DNA from: Candidatus Bathyarchaeota archaeon
Lineage (GTDB): Archaea; Thermoproteota; Bathyarchaeia; Bathyarchaeales; Bathycorpusculaceae
Direction of reading: 5' to 3'
NCBI GenBank assembly: GCA_963806535.1
Contig: CAWDYC010000009.1
Location: forward strand, 64,001-128,000
Length of the DNA: 64,000 bases
Both the position numbers and the translations under genes were made by a program. A model generated the notes under the pieces. It had not been told where the DNA came from, did no database searches, and worked only from the letters and a program-made list of their open reading frames with translations. Shown in pieces: positions 52,275-63,385 of this stretch (its first letter is position 1; each line of letters begins with the position of its first letter).

Positions 52275-53499
52275 ATGGACTTACAAGACTTTTATTTCAA
52301 ATTACCAAAATTAAAAACCGAACCAATCATAGATGACACTACACTTCGCGACGGCATCCAAATGCCAGGTCTAGCTGCGGGACCAAGAGACGCAGCAAAA
52401 ATAGCCCAATTTCTCGCCGAAGTTGGAATTGAACGGATAGAGCTCTTTCATTATCAAGAGCCCGATAAAAAAGCGGCAAAACTCATCAAAGATCTAAATC
52501 TTGATCTTCGCGTTGCAGGCTGGTGCAGAGCTTTAAAAGAAGACATAGACAGTGCAGTAGCTTGCGGGTTCAAAGAAGTCGGCATATCACATCCAGTTTC
52601 CGACCTTCATTTTAAAGCTAAATGGCCAGAAAAAACAAGAGAACAAATCTTAGCCAACATGATTGATGTAGTTGAGTACTCAGCTAAAACCTGCGGATTA
52701 AGAACGTTTGTTCATGGCGAAGACAGCACACGAGCAGACTGGAACTTCGAGAAAAACTTTATCAACGCAGCAGCCGACGCAGGAGCCGAATGTTACCGCA
52801 TCTGTGACACAGTCGGCATCGGATTATCTGACCCAGACAGCGCCTCTACCTAACGGTATTCCAGCAAAAGTCTTAGCAATCAAAAAAGAAACAAAAATGG
52901 GCGCCATAGAAATCCATGCACACGACGACTTTGGAAATGCAGTTGAAAACACCATGGCAGCAATCAAGGCAGCTTCAGGAGTATGGGACAAAATCTACGC
53001 CAGCACAACATACCTCGGCATTGGCGAACGTGCAGGCAACGCAGAAACAGAAAAAGTGCTCTTAAACCTGTACTTGCATTACGGTGTCAAAAAATATGAA
53101 GGCAAAACTCAGCGGCTGAAGGCAACAGCGGATTACATTGGAAAGGCAACAGGCTACGTTGTTCCACCTAACAAAGCAATCGTTGGCGACTATGGTTTTG
53201 CACATGAATCAGGAATTCACACGCATGGCGTCTTAAGTGATCCGTGGACCTATGAGCCATACCCGCCTGAACTTGTTGGAAACGAGCGACGTTTAACGAT
53301 TGGGAAGCAATCAGGCAAAGGCATAATCAAACACAAAATAACAGAGCTTGCAGGCAACGAACCTGATGACCAAACTGTGGCAGGTGTAGTTGACAAAGTC
53401 AAAGAAATCTATGCTAATGGCAGAAGGGCATCACTTAAAGAGGAAGAATTCAAAAAAATCCTTCGCATACTAAAAATCCTGCCAGAAAACAACCACTAA
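52275..53499 (+). CDS. DRE-TIM acyltransferase, homocitrate/Re-citrate/isopropylmalate synthase family (frameshift near 52840)
   Basis: DTTLRDGIQ, CDTVG, HAHDDFG, GIGERAGNA, FAHESGIH; no LeuA regulatory domain. Confidence 0.85.
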
Positions 53500-53579
53500 A
53501 CAATTTTTCTTTTTATTGTCCTGAGCGAAAAGGGAAAATACCAATTTGCTTAATGATGCTTAGGAGAGAGGACTATTCA

Positions 53580-53833
53580 ATGGTTGATATTTCATTAATC
53601 GTTATTGTAAGCAACACACTTGTTGTTTTAGCCACTTTCTTAGCTACTCTTTATCGAATTAAGATTGAACGCGACCAAATACGGACTTTAAAGGAAACGT
53701 GAATTCAAGTCAATGCTTGGAATCATTCCGCAAATACGTGAAAGCGGAGCGTTCAGAGCTTGCAAGCATGGATAAAGCAGAACTTGAAAAATTCTTAGAT
53801 TACTTAGCAAAGCTAGGTGAAAACAACCATTAA
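53580..53833 (+). CDS. small membrane-anchored hypothetical protein (frameshifted)
   Basis: MVDISLIVIVSNTLVVLATFLATLY, then a helical tail in a shifted frame. Confidence 0.4.
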
Positions 53834-53868
53834 TTCTTCATCGAACTAAAGGGAAAAAGAAAATAATT

Positions 53869-54834
53869 TTAGGCTTGCTCACATTTTTGGAGAAGCCGTT
53901 GCCAGTTTCTATCGGTTAAGCTTTGTATCTCATCGATTACATGTTGGTTTTGCGGAGTAAACAGGTGTCTGAATCTGCCTTGCCCAGCTAAGTAGTCTTT
54001 AACTGGCTTCTTCTTTTGCGGTGCCAAAGCAATCAGTTTGCTCGGTGTTGAAAGTTGCCGGTTTCCTTTTACTGCTTCCCAAATTGGAAAAACACATGTT
54101 TCCACTGAAAGCTTTGAGTACTCCATTGTTTTGCCTGGTTCAGTTCGCCAACCTCTCGGGCAAGGAGCAAAAACATGCAGGAACGCTGGTCCTTCAACTT
54201 CTAAGCCTTTGCGAACTTTTGTTAGCATGTCTTTCCAGTAGTACGGTGTTGCAGTAGCCACATATTCCATGTCGTGTGCCAGCATGATTTCGGTGATTGG
54301 TTTTTTCGTTTCAAGTTTGCCTGGATTTACTGATCCAGCAGGAGTAGTTGTTGTTGCGGCGCCGATTGGTGTTGAGGAGCTTCTTTGGATTCCAGTGTTC
54401 ATGTAGCCCTCATTATCATAGAGTATAAAGAGGAAGTCATGTCCACGTTCAACAGCGCCAGACAATGCTTGCAAGCCAATATCGTAGGTTCCGCCGTCGC
54501 CAGCTAACGCAATAATGTCAATGTGCTCATCTTTGATTTTGCCTTTCTTTCGCATTGCTTTAATTGCGGCATCGATACCCGAAGCGTTTGCAGCGGCATT
54601 TTCAAAAGCTGTGTGCAGCCATGGCAGCGCCCATGAAGTGTAGGGGTAAATTGACCCGACTATTTCCATGCAGCCAGTTGCTTGAGTTACAATTGTTGGT
54701 CCCCGTGTAGCCTTCATTATCAGCCGCAGCGCTGCTGCTGGTCCGCAGCCTGCACATGCTCTGTGTCCTGAAAGGAACAGGTCTGGTTTGGGTGCAATAT
54801 CTTTTGCTGTGAATTTCCATTCTTGAGTTGTCAA
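53869..54834 (-). CDS. porB: pyruvate/2-ketoisovalerate:ferredoxin oxidoreductase beta subunit
   Basis: GHRACAGCG, ATGC, GDGG..DIG, DNEGYMNTG, PCP. Confidence 0.92.
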   Translation of the reverse strand: MTTQEWKFTAKDIAPKPDLFLSGHRACAGCGPAAALRLIMKATRGPTIVTQATGCMEIVGSIYPYTSWALPWLHTAFENAAANASGIDAAIKAMRKKGKIKDEHIDIIALAGDGGTYDIGLQALSGAVERGHDFLFILYDNEGYMNTGIQRSSSTPIGAATTTTPAGSVNPGKLETKKPITEIMLAHDMEYVATATPYYWKDMLTKVRKGLEVEGPAFLHVFAPCPRGWRTEPGKTMEYSKLSVETCVFPIWEAVKGNRQLSTPSKLIALAPQKKKPVKDYLAGQGRFRHLFTPQNQHVIDEIQSLTDRNWQRLLQKCEQA

Positions 54835-54846
54835 CTTTGTTTCCTC

Positions 54847-56084
54847 CTATTCCCTTAATCCAAAGTAGTGAACTTCTTTTTCCACGTGTCCAGTTTTAAC
54901 GGTTCGTGTTAGCTCTTCGAAGATTTTTCGTAGGTCACGTGGGCTTGTGTCTCTGCCGCCTAAACCGAAAATGTAACTCACAATAGTCGGATGCTGTCTT
55001 CAAATCGTACAGTGCATTTCGGATTTCGCTAAAGACTGCACCGCCTAATCCGCCAGGAGTCATGCTTTTATCCATAACTGCAATGGCTTTAACGTTTTTT
55101 AATGCATTTCGAAGTTCTTCGACGGGCAGTGGCCTAAACGTACGTAACCGTAGAACCCCAGCTTTAACGCCTTCTTGTCTTAGCTGGTCAACTATCACTT
55201 TTAGTGTTCCAGCTGTTGAACCGACAACGACAACTGCAATTTCAGCGTCTTCAAGCTTGTAAGCGTCAATAAGTCCGTTGCCGTAGCTTCTGCCGCTGAT
55301 TTTAGCGTATTCACTGTTAACCTCTTGGATTTTCTTTAAAGCGTTTCTCATGCCTTCTTCCTGTTGCCGCTTAAACTCGAAATAGTAGTTCTGCAGTGCG
55401 TTTGGTCCCATAGTCATTGGGTTTTCTGGGTCAAGCTTGAAAGGCACGGTTTTTCCTTCGTGAGTAAGCACCATTGGAAATTGGCGTTCTCCAACGAACT
55501 GTTTGACTGCATCTTCTGAAAGTACTGTCTACTTTTTCAAGGGTGTGGCTAATTGTGAAGCCATCTAAACCAACAATTATCGGTAACGAAACGTCAACAT
55601 CTTCAGCTATCTTGAATGCTTGAATAATGGAGTCATATGCTTCCTGAGCATTTTCCACGTAAATGTGAATCCATCCGCTGTCTCGCTCTGCCATGCTGTC
55701 TGAGTGATCACCATGAATGTTCAGCGGCGAAGATAATGCTCGGTTAGCAACAGCCATCACAACTGGAGCTCGAGAACCAGAAGTGACAAAAAGCATCTCA
55801 TGCATCAACGCTAAACCTGCTGAAGCGCTTGCGGTGAAAGTTCGTGCTCCTGTCAGCTGAGGCTGCAAGACAAGCGGTCATAGCGCTGTGTTCTGATTCT
55901 GTGCAGACGATATTCTGTTTGAACTTCTCCGTTTGCAACGTATTCGCTGAATTTTTCAACTATGATTGTTTGGGGTGTAATTGGGTAAGCAGCAACTACG
56001 TCAACATCACATTGTTTGGCTGCTAAGGCAACTGCTTCGTCGCCGTTTAGAGCGCATTGTTTCCTGTTTAACTTGTTCCTTCAT
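54847..56084 (-). CDS. porA: oxidoreductase alpha subunit (several indels)
   Basis: [40 protein letters not shown]. Confidence 0.9.
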
Positions 56085-56085
56085 T

Positions 56086-56376
56086 TTACTCCTCGTCCTC
56101 GGGCAATTTCATGGTTATTGCTTTAGTTGGACATTCGTTTGCGCATATTCCGCAGCCTTTGCAGAAGCTGAAGTCAAACTCGATTTTGCCCATTTCTGGA
56201 CGCCACTTTATTGCGCCTTCAGGACAAAACATTACGCATGTTAAGCATGTTGTACATTTTTCTAGGTCTCTTACTGGCATGTAGGTTTTCCAGTCGCCTG
56301 TCATGAATCCAATGCTTGATTTTGAACATACTCCAGCTATTGAGACTTCTTTCCAAGTTTTTTCTTTGCTGCTCAT
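56086..56376 (-). CDS. porD: oxidoreductase delta subunit, 2x[4Fe-4S]
   Basis: TGDW, CTTCLTCVMFCP, CKGCGICANECP. Confidence 0.92.
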   Translation of the reverse strand: MSSKEKTWKEVSIAGVCSKSSIGFMTGDWKTYMPVRDLEKCTTCLTCVMFCPEGAIKWRPEMGKIEFDFSFCKGCGICANECPTKAITMKLPEDEE

Positions 56377-56966
56377 TCACTTTTTGCCTCCACGTAAGCT
56401 TCTTTGATTACTGCAAAGTTCTTTTCTGCTAAGTCTGGTCTGAAACGTCCCTTCAACGTTTTTTGAATGCCTTCTAAGGTAACTATGTTTGTTGCTTTAG
56501 CAACACAGCCCAGCAACGCTGTATTTGTTATTGGTGCACCCAAAATTCTGAGGGCAATTTCAGTTGCTGGAACCGTCCAAACTTTGCCTTTTGTTACCCC
56601 AAGATTTTCTTTTACGACAGCGGGCTCCTCAGTTGAATTAATAATTAATACATCTTCATCACGGTTTAATCCAGCGGTTACTGGAACAGATTTCAGCAAA
56701 GTGTTATCTAAAACTACAACGACATCAGGCTCATAAATTGCACAATGCAACCTTATTGGTTCAGTGCTTATTCTTGTAAAGGCAGTAACGGGCGCTCCCA
56801 TTCTTTCAGGTCCAAATTCGGGGAATGATTGAATGTATTTGCCTTCATCAAGAGCTGTTCTTGCCAACAGTTCGCTGGCTGTCCAGGCTCCTTGACCGCC
56901 TCTACCATGCCATCTAAACTCTACCATGCTTTTCAAATAATCCTCTTCTCCGATGACTTTTCCCAT
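56373..56966 (-). CDS. porG: oxidoreductase gamma subunit
   Basis: HGRGGQG, FPEFGPERMGAPV. Confidence 0.92.
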   Translation of the reverse strand: MGKVIGEEDYLKSMVEFRWHGRGGQGAWTASELLARTALDEGKYIQSFPEFGPERMGAPVTAFTRISTEPIRLHCAIYEPDVVVVLDNTLLKSVPVTAGLNRDEDVLIINSTEEPAVVKENLGVTKGKVWTVPATEIALRILGAPITNTALLGCVAKATNIVTLEGIQKTLKGRFRPDLAEKNFAVIKEAYVEAKSE

Positions 56967-57150
56967 TAAATAGTCAAATTACCTTCATATACATTTTTCT
57001 AGTAAAATGCTTAAACCTGATGCTTTAATGTAAAAGATCAACTTTTCTATAGTTGACAAAAGGTATCACTTGAGTATGATTTAATTAATTACAACTCAAG
57101 ATCTAGCAAAAGATTGCTTCCAAAACAGGTCAAAGCTATCAAGCGTTGTA

Positions 57151-58701
57151 ATGCAAGTAAGCAATAGAAGTTATATCTGCCTCGCACTTTCTATGAACAT
57201 TACATTTAGTGCTTCAAAACGAATGAAGGGTGAAGGGCCTATGGCAGAAGTAGTCTTGACTGCTGATAGAACTTTAATGAGTAATTATCATAATAACGAA
57301 TTCCTCGGGTTTGGTACATGTGCCCCTCCCAATTTTATTCCAGAATGGCTTTACAGTTATCTTTTCTTTCCTCCATTAAAAACAAAGAGCGGTCACCCAT
57401 GTCAAGCACCTTATGGGTTAAGGAAAACTGAAGCTCAACTTTTAAAAGAAGGCTTCCACGTTGAAACGGTAAGCCCAAACCATTTAGGCAGACATCTCAC
57501 TAACGCAAAAGTTCTCGGCATACACACTATGGATCCATTTGGGTTAGGTCCAGCTTCCACAACTCTTGCATCCATTTTCAAAAAAGAACCCTACCTTGCA
57601 AAACACTTTCAAAGTTTACTAAAAAGCCCAGCAATTAAAAAAGCAAAACAAAATGGCTTAAAGGTTATTGTTGGTGGACCTGGCGCATGGCAATTTCGTT
57701 ACAGAGAAAAAGCCGTCAAGGATTTAGGGATTGACTGCGTTGTTGAAGGCGAAGCAGAAAATATTATTGGAAAAATTTTCAAAGGGGCAATAGAAGGAGA
57801 GCCGATTTTAAGCCATTATGAAGTTGGAGTTGGTGAAGCTCCAACTTTAGAAGAGATTCCTGATATTGTTCAGCCTTCGGTTAACGGTTTGGTTGAGATT
57901 GGCAGAGGCTGCTGCAGAGGTTGCCAATTTTGCAATGTTACACTAAGGCCTCTACGTTGGTATCCACTTGAAAAAATTAATCGTGAATTAAGCGTTAATA
58001 TTGATTCAGGCAACACTGGCACATGTCTACATGCAGAAGACGTCATGCTTTATGGCTCTAACAATACCACTCCAAATGAAGAGAAACTTGTGCAATTGCA
58101 TGAATTAGTAACAAAAAAGGTTACAGGGTTAAGTTGGAGTCACTGTTCCTTGGCTGCTGTTGCGTCAAAGCCTAAGTTGCTATCGAAATTGTCAGAGCTT
58201 ATCTTGCAGAATCAAACTTGGTGGGGAGCAGAAGTCGGCATTGAAACTGGTTCTTCAGAGATAGCGAAGAAGATTATGCCTGCGAAGGCTCATCCTTTTA
58301 GCGCTGATAACTGGCATGATGTAGTCGTTGAGGGCATGGGTGTAATGCATGATAACATGCTTGCTCCAGCTTGCACTTTGATTGTTGGGTTGCCAGAAGA
58401 GCAGGAATCAGACGTTATGAAAACAATGGAGTTAGTTGATGATCTCAAAGACATGCGCAGCCTCATTGTGCCATTGTTTTTTGTTCCACTGGGCAAATTG
58501 AAAAGTGAAGACTGGTTTACAGATACCCAACTTAGCGAAGTGCACAAGCAACTTTTGATTGCATGTGCCGAACATGATTTTCGCTGGGTCGACAACCTGC
58601 TTGACTTGTCTTTCTCAGGCAAATGGTACCAGCACATATCTAAAGAGTTCTACAAAGGCTTCTCAGCAATTGCAAAGCGCAAAGTACGGCAGATAGAATA
58701 G
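57151..58701 (+). CDS. B12-binding-like radical SAM protein (start probably 57241)
   Basis: VLTADRTLMS, APYGLRK, GGPGAWQ, RGCCRGCQFC, GIETGS. Confidence 0.88.
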   Translation: MQVSNRSYICLALSMNITFSASKRMKGEGPMAEVVLTADRTLMSNYHNNEFLGFGTCAPPNFIPEWLYSYLFFPPLKTKSGHPCQAPYGLRKTEAQLLKEGFHVETVSPNHLGRHLTNAKVLGIHTMDPFGLGPASTTLASIFKKEPYLAKHFQSLLKSPAIKKAKQNGLKVIVGGPGAWQFRYREKAVKDLGIDCVVEGEAENIIGKIFKGAIEGEPILSHYEVGVGEAPTLEEIPDIVQPSVNGLVEIGRGCCRGCQFCNVTLRPLRWYPLEKINRELSVNIDSGNTGTCLHAEDVMLYGSNNTTPNEEKLVQLHELVTKKVTGLSWSHCSLAAVASKPKLLSKLSELILQNQTWWGAEVGIETGSSEIAKKIMPAKAHPFSADNWHDVVVEGMGVMHDNMLAPACTLIVGLPEEQESDVMKTMELVDDLKDMRSLIVPLFFVPLGKLKSEDWFTDTQLSEVHKQLLIACAEHDFRWVDNLLDLSFSGKWYQHISKEFYKGFSAIAKRKVRQIE

Positions 58702-58769
58702 CTTTGTTTTAGAAGACTAAACTTAAATACTATATTGAAACTGAAAAGGTGCAGTAAGCATTGTGATGT

Positions 58770-58846
58770 GCCGTCGTGGCTCAGCCCGGTAGAGCGGCTG
58801 GCTGTTAACCAGTCGGTCAAAGGTCCGAATCCTTTCGACGGCGCCA
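58770..58846 (+). tRNA. tRNA-Asn(GUU)
   Basis: GCCGTCG/CGACGGC + G + CCA; anticodon arm GCTGG-CTGTTAA-CCAGT. Confidence 0.95.
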
Positions 58847-59042
58847 ACTCTTCTCTTATTCCAGCTTTTGGATTCTAATCATTTTTCTGTCCAATTATAG
58901 GGAAGTCAGCCCCATTTCTTTTTTCCAGTAGTGTAATTTTAATAATGCTGAAACAAGGTCAAATGCAAAAACAAAAGATGACGCCGATTGACAAGCCAGA
59001 TGTTAAGCAAAATTATTTCGATGATATTTCTAGTCCATTTTT

Positions 59043-59758
59043 TTACAAGCCAGTTAAAAGTACAGCTATTATACCGCTTAAAAACACACCGTCAAACGTG
59101 CCTGCTCCGCCTATGCTGGCTACTGGTGCACCCAGCTTGGGTATCTTTCGAAGGTTCAGCAGGTCTGCTCCAATAAGTGTTCCAAGGGTACCTGCTACGT
59201 AAGCAATTGTTTTTGGTTGAGCTGGAAAAAGAACAAGTGCGGCTACGGCAGCGGCTATTGGTGGAATAAATGCTGGAGTGGCTATCCCAACACCTTTGAC
59301 TGGTCTAGCTACTGCGTGAGTTACTATTGCGACAGCTAAAACGCCGATGAGGCTTAGCATAATTGTTGAAATTGATGATCGGCTAAGCAGGTAAAGGCTA
59401 ACAGCCGTTGGTATTAATGCGCCTCCAACATTAATTGCAAGTAATGTGACTGCTTCGCCATACTCAACTTGTGGGATACGATATGTTAAGACCAAACCAA
59501 TTAACATAATTATCTCGAATAACTGGTATTTTGGTTCTTAGTTTAAGCAAGTGGAATGTTTATGAAACTGCCAATTAAGGTGCCGATCAAGATCAAAAAA
59601 ACCGTAAAAGGAGTAAAACCGACATTTTGAAAAGCAATACTTACAGCACCTACAAAGACCAAAGCAACTACCGCAAACACTAGGACAAGTAATAGCGCGA
59701 AAAAGAGAAAATTATGCTGGAAATAAATTGTTTTCCTACTCATACTTTCACTCTGCAT
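59043..59758 (-). CDS. DUF1614 membrane protein (frameshifted)
   Basis: GSFINIP, AINVGGALIP, GTLIGADLLNL, SIGGAGTFDG. Confidence 0.85.
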
Positions 59759-59879
59759 TACTGATTTTCAAAAGTTAACTCTGAAAAGATTGGCTTATTT
59801 AGATTCCGTAATAAAAACATTACTGTACTAGATATCTTGAATACTAAAAAATATTAATATAATCTTTTGGGTTGACAAA

Positions 59880-61179
59880 TTAATGCCTTTTAAACTTAAA
59901 AAACAGAGCTGACAACCGCAACGATAGCTAAGACGATTGCTGTACCAGAGAAAACATACATTTCAGGCATTGAAAGATCTTTTTGAGAGTCAGTTGCAGA
60001 GGCCGTTGCAGAAGTCATCGGAATATCTGACAAGTCGTGAGGTCGTTCCAATAGAAAATATTTTTGTATCCTAATGATTCAACTGGGATAGGTTCCATTT
60101 GGGTAAACAATATCCAAGTTATAGCCGTATTCCTGAATAAGTTTTGATACATTTCTGCAAATACTATCAGTTATTGAATCTGGATTCCATAGTCCCCAGA
60201 TTCTATCGTTATGGACCACGGAAACCGTACGCATAATCCGCCGGGAGAACATATGCTGTTCTGTCGCTTACGGGGCTGATAGTTTGAGGGTTGGCTTTGA
60301 GCATACTGCCAAAACTCTTTAATCGCGTCAAGCTGTCCTTTGTGATCTAAGAACGTTTTGAGTCCAGTTTTGGTCTCCATCAAACACAATTATGTATTTT
60401 GCGCCATTTTCATAAGCCAATTTCATGTCATTCAAAAGTTCTGGACCTGACTCCATGTACGGTGGCGTGTTGTACTTCCAAGTTATCATAACACCCCAAT
60501 CTTTGTTCTGAGCCGTGGCTGCACCTCTAACGAGATCAAGGTTAAGTTGTTGGCTGTAATTCATGGTAAACTCTGCAAAAACCGTGTCGTATCCTGCCGC
60601 ATAATCATACCAGTAAAGCGAATAGTCTGAGGTAAACAATTGAAATTCATTCGGGTAAGCAAAATTTCGTGTGATCGCCATAAGTTCCATTACGTAGAAA
60701 GAAATTTACTATCTGGACATACTTTGTTGCAGCATCGTTAAAGCTAGTCGCGCTTGTGACCAGCAGGGTAACTTGCCTGGTCAAGTTGTTTTCCACCTGC
60801 TTCATCAAAATAATAAATTCCAAGAAAATTGTCACCATAAGTGTTCTTGGCGTCTGCAAGCCATTGGCTTGAGGGATATCTTGGATTATCGGTGTAGACT
60901 ATGAAACTTAAACCTTTATCATAGACATATTGGCTGATAATGCTAAGTCTTGTTAAATTGTAGTTTCCATAACATCCAATTACGAAAAGATTGGTGTATG
61001 AACTAACTTTATCAATTAATTGTTCTGTTGCAGGTACGCTTTCGAAGGAAACATCAACTCCTAAGAATATGTTCTGGCGGAGTACTTGCTGTAGCGGCGT
61101 TGGCAATCAAACTGTAATTTAAGAATAAAGGTAAAATCAGCAAGAAAACCAGTAGAACTATGAATAACTTGAACTTCAT
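59880..61179 (-). CDS. secreted, membrane-anchored hypothetical protein (four or more indels)
   Basis: Fragments 60744-61106, 60647-60859, 60328-60690 and 60171-60389 join up (YYFDEAGG, FTSDYSLYWYDY, RGAA, WGVMITW). Confidence 0.6.
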
Positions 61180-61440
61180 TTGATTTAATCTCAATTCCAT
61201 AACCTAATAAGACTTTTCCAAAATCATTACAACTGGACAAAACCTAAATCAGCATGAAAAATAATGCCCTCAACATCAGGAAGCAAATCAGAATAAAAGA
61301 CTAAATAAAAGAAAACTTTCTTTGGCTTTTCAACAAAAATTCTTTATTCCGAGTGAATATGCAAAAGCTTTTTAGCAATTTGCATATTAAATAATCATTA
61401 TCTCGGTTAAGGCAAAAAATGGGTTAGGGGATATAAGTTT

Positions 61441-61671
61441 TTGATAAATGAAGAAAACGTTTTTCGAAAACAAGAAGAACCAGCTCAAGTAATCCGTGAA
61501 AACAAGAAAGTTAGACGATGCACAGGCTGCCATCAACCTCTCGGCATCATATCAACTATGCTTTATGAGATTGATGAAAAACTTTACTGCTCTGAATGTT
61601 ATTCTCGCATGATAAGTAACAAGGCTCTTGAAAGAGATCATTCTGATTTAATGCAAGCAAAAGAAGCCTAA
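61441..61671 (+). CDS. small LIM-like/treble-clef zinc finger protein
   Basis: CTGCHQPL...LYCSECY. Confidence 0.6.
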   Translation: MINEENVFRKQEEPAQVIRENKKVRRCTGCHQPLGIISTMLYEIDEKLYCSECYSRMISNKALERDHSDLMQAKEA

Positions 61672-61762
61672 AAATTCCGCAGCAAAATCGTCTCAAACAG
61701 GATCTGGTTAAGTAGGGTTAGCTATTCATTCTTGTTTTTAAGAAACGTTAAACTTTGAAAAC

Positions 61763-63207
61763 TTAACCTTCTGCTACTGGAGGTCCTGCTTCGGCTTTCC
61801 TGATTCTGCCACCAATAATTGCAGGTACGATTGCAAAGGTGTTAACAATTGCAAATACGAAGTAGGTGTTTTTTAAACTTGCCAAAAAGAGCGCTATTCC
61901 TCCAGCAGGGATAGATTGAGGGTTAACAGCGGTTAATATTTGAGTTATTAGGTTGTAGGGTGCGGTAAAGGACATAACAAGTACCGCTAGGTTTAAGCTT
62001 ACAGTTAAGCCAATGTTTAAGAACAGTGTAAAGAGGGCTGAGCCTATTCCGTGTCTTTCAGGTGGAACCGAACTCATTACAGCTCTTAGGTTCGGGGCAA
62101 CAAAAAGTCCTGTGCCGACTCCCAAAATGATCATGTAAATGCTAAGTAATGGATAGGATGTTGTTGCAGTCGTTGTTGAGAAAAGAAATAGTGCTATACT
62201 GCTGAGAACTAATCCTGTTATTGTAAATTGCGATTGCCCATATTTGTCTGCTAATCTTGCCGCTTAGGGGTCCGACTGCTAAAAATGCTATTTCAAACGG
62301 TAGAATTCTTAAACCTGCCTGCAAAGGGCTAAGGTGGTCAACTAATTGAAATTGCAGGCTAAGCAGTAAGAGAACTCCTGTCCAAGTAATTATATTAAAC
62401 AACAAAGCAAATAATCCGCCTGAAACCTCCCTGATCCTGAAAACTTTCAGATAAATCAGCGGACAATCAACCCTTCGCTCATACAATAAGAAAACAATAA
62501 TCAAGGCGGCTGCACTTGCTAAAAGAGCATAAGATGTTGTTAATCCGCTTGTTCCATAGGCACCATATGTTAATCCAACCATTAAGCAGAACAAAAACGC
62601 AGTAAACAAAGCGAAACCTACCCAATCGATGTGTCTGTCTTTGTCTAGAAGTGCAGTTTCTTGAAGCCGTCTTCTTGCCCAGAAAGTTCCAAAAATTCCT
62701 ATTGGAATGTTAATGTAGAATAGTGCTCGCCAGTCAAAAAATGAAAGGATTAAGCCGCTAAGGGTTAAGCCTAAGAGTGCTCCTGCTCGGAAAGCGATTT
62801 GGTTTATACCTAAAAATAGACCCTAGCTGGTTTCTTGGCGCTGCATCTGTTGCTATCGCGATGCTGTTTGTGAACACTAATGCTGCACCTACACCTTGAA
62901 TACCTCTAAAAATGATGACTTCAGTTGGGTTTTGTCCAAGACTGGTAAGCGCTGAACCAACCGTAAATAATGCAAAGCCGTAAGTGTAGATTTTTACTCT
63001 TCCAAAGATATCGCCTAACCGTCCAATTATAGAAAGCGTTAAAGTGTTGGTTAAAACGTAGGCTTGAGTTATCCAAATTGCTTGTTCAATATTTGCTTTT
63101 AACTGCTCCGAAACTTGGGGTAGCCCAATTATGACTATTCGGGTGTCTAAACCAACCATTAAAACTCCGATTGTTGTTACTGTTAAAGCTAACCATTTGT
63201 ACTGCAA
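61763..63207 (-). CDS. MFS transporter, DHA2 type (frameshifted)
   Basis: LDTRIV, GRLGDIFGR, RGIQGVG across three fragments; paralog of 47868-49283. Confidence 0.85.
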
Positions 63208-63385
63208 AAAATTCAGTTCCTAAAAACATAATGCGGCTAATCCGCAAATAGTTAATTGTTATTTACAGTAATTAACTTTTCACTTGACAAACAATTAGCT
63301 GAAACTGTGCCTTTTGGTAAATGGCTAACACCCAATTATGCGGTGAAATTAAATATTCTTTGATTGGTTACCAGTCTGAAAAGAA

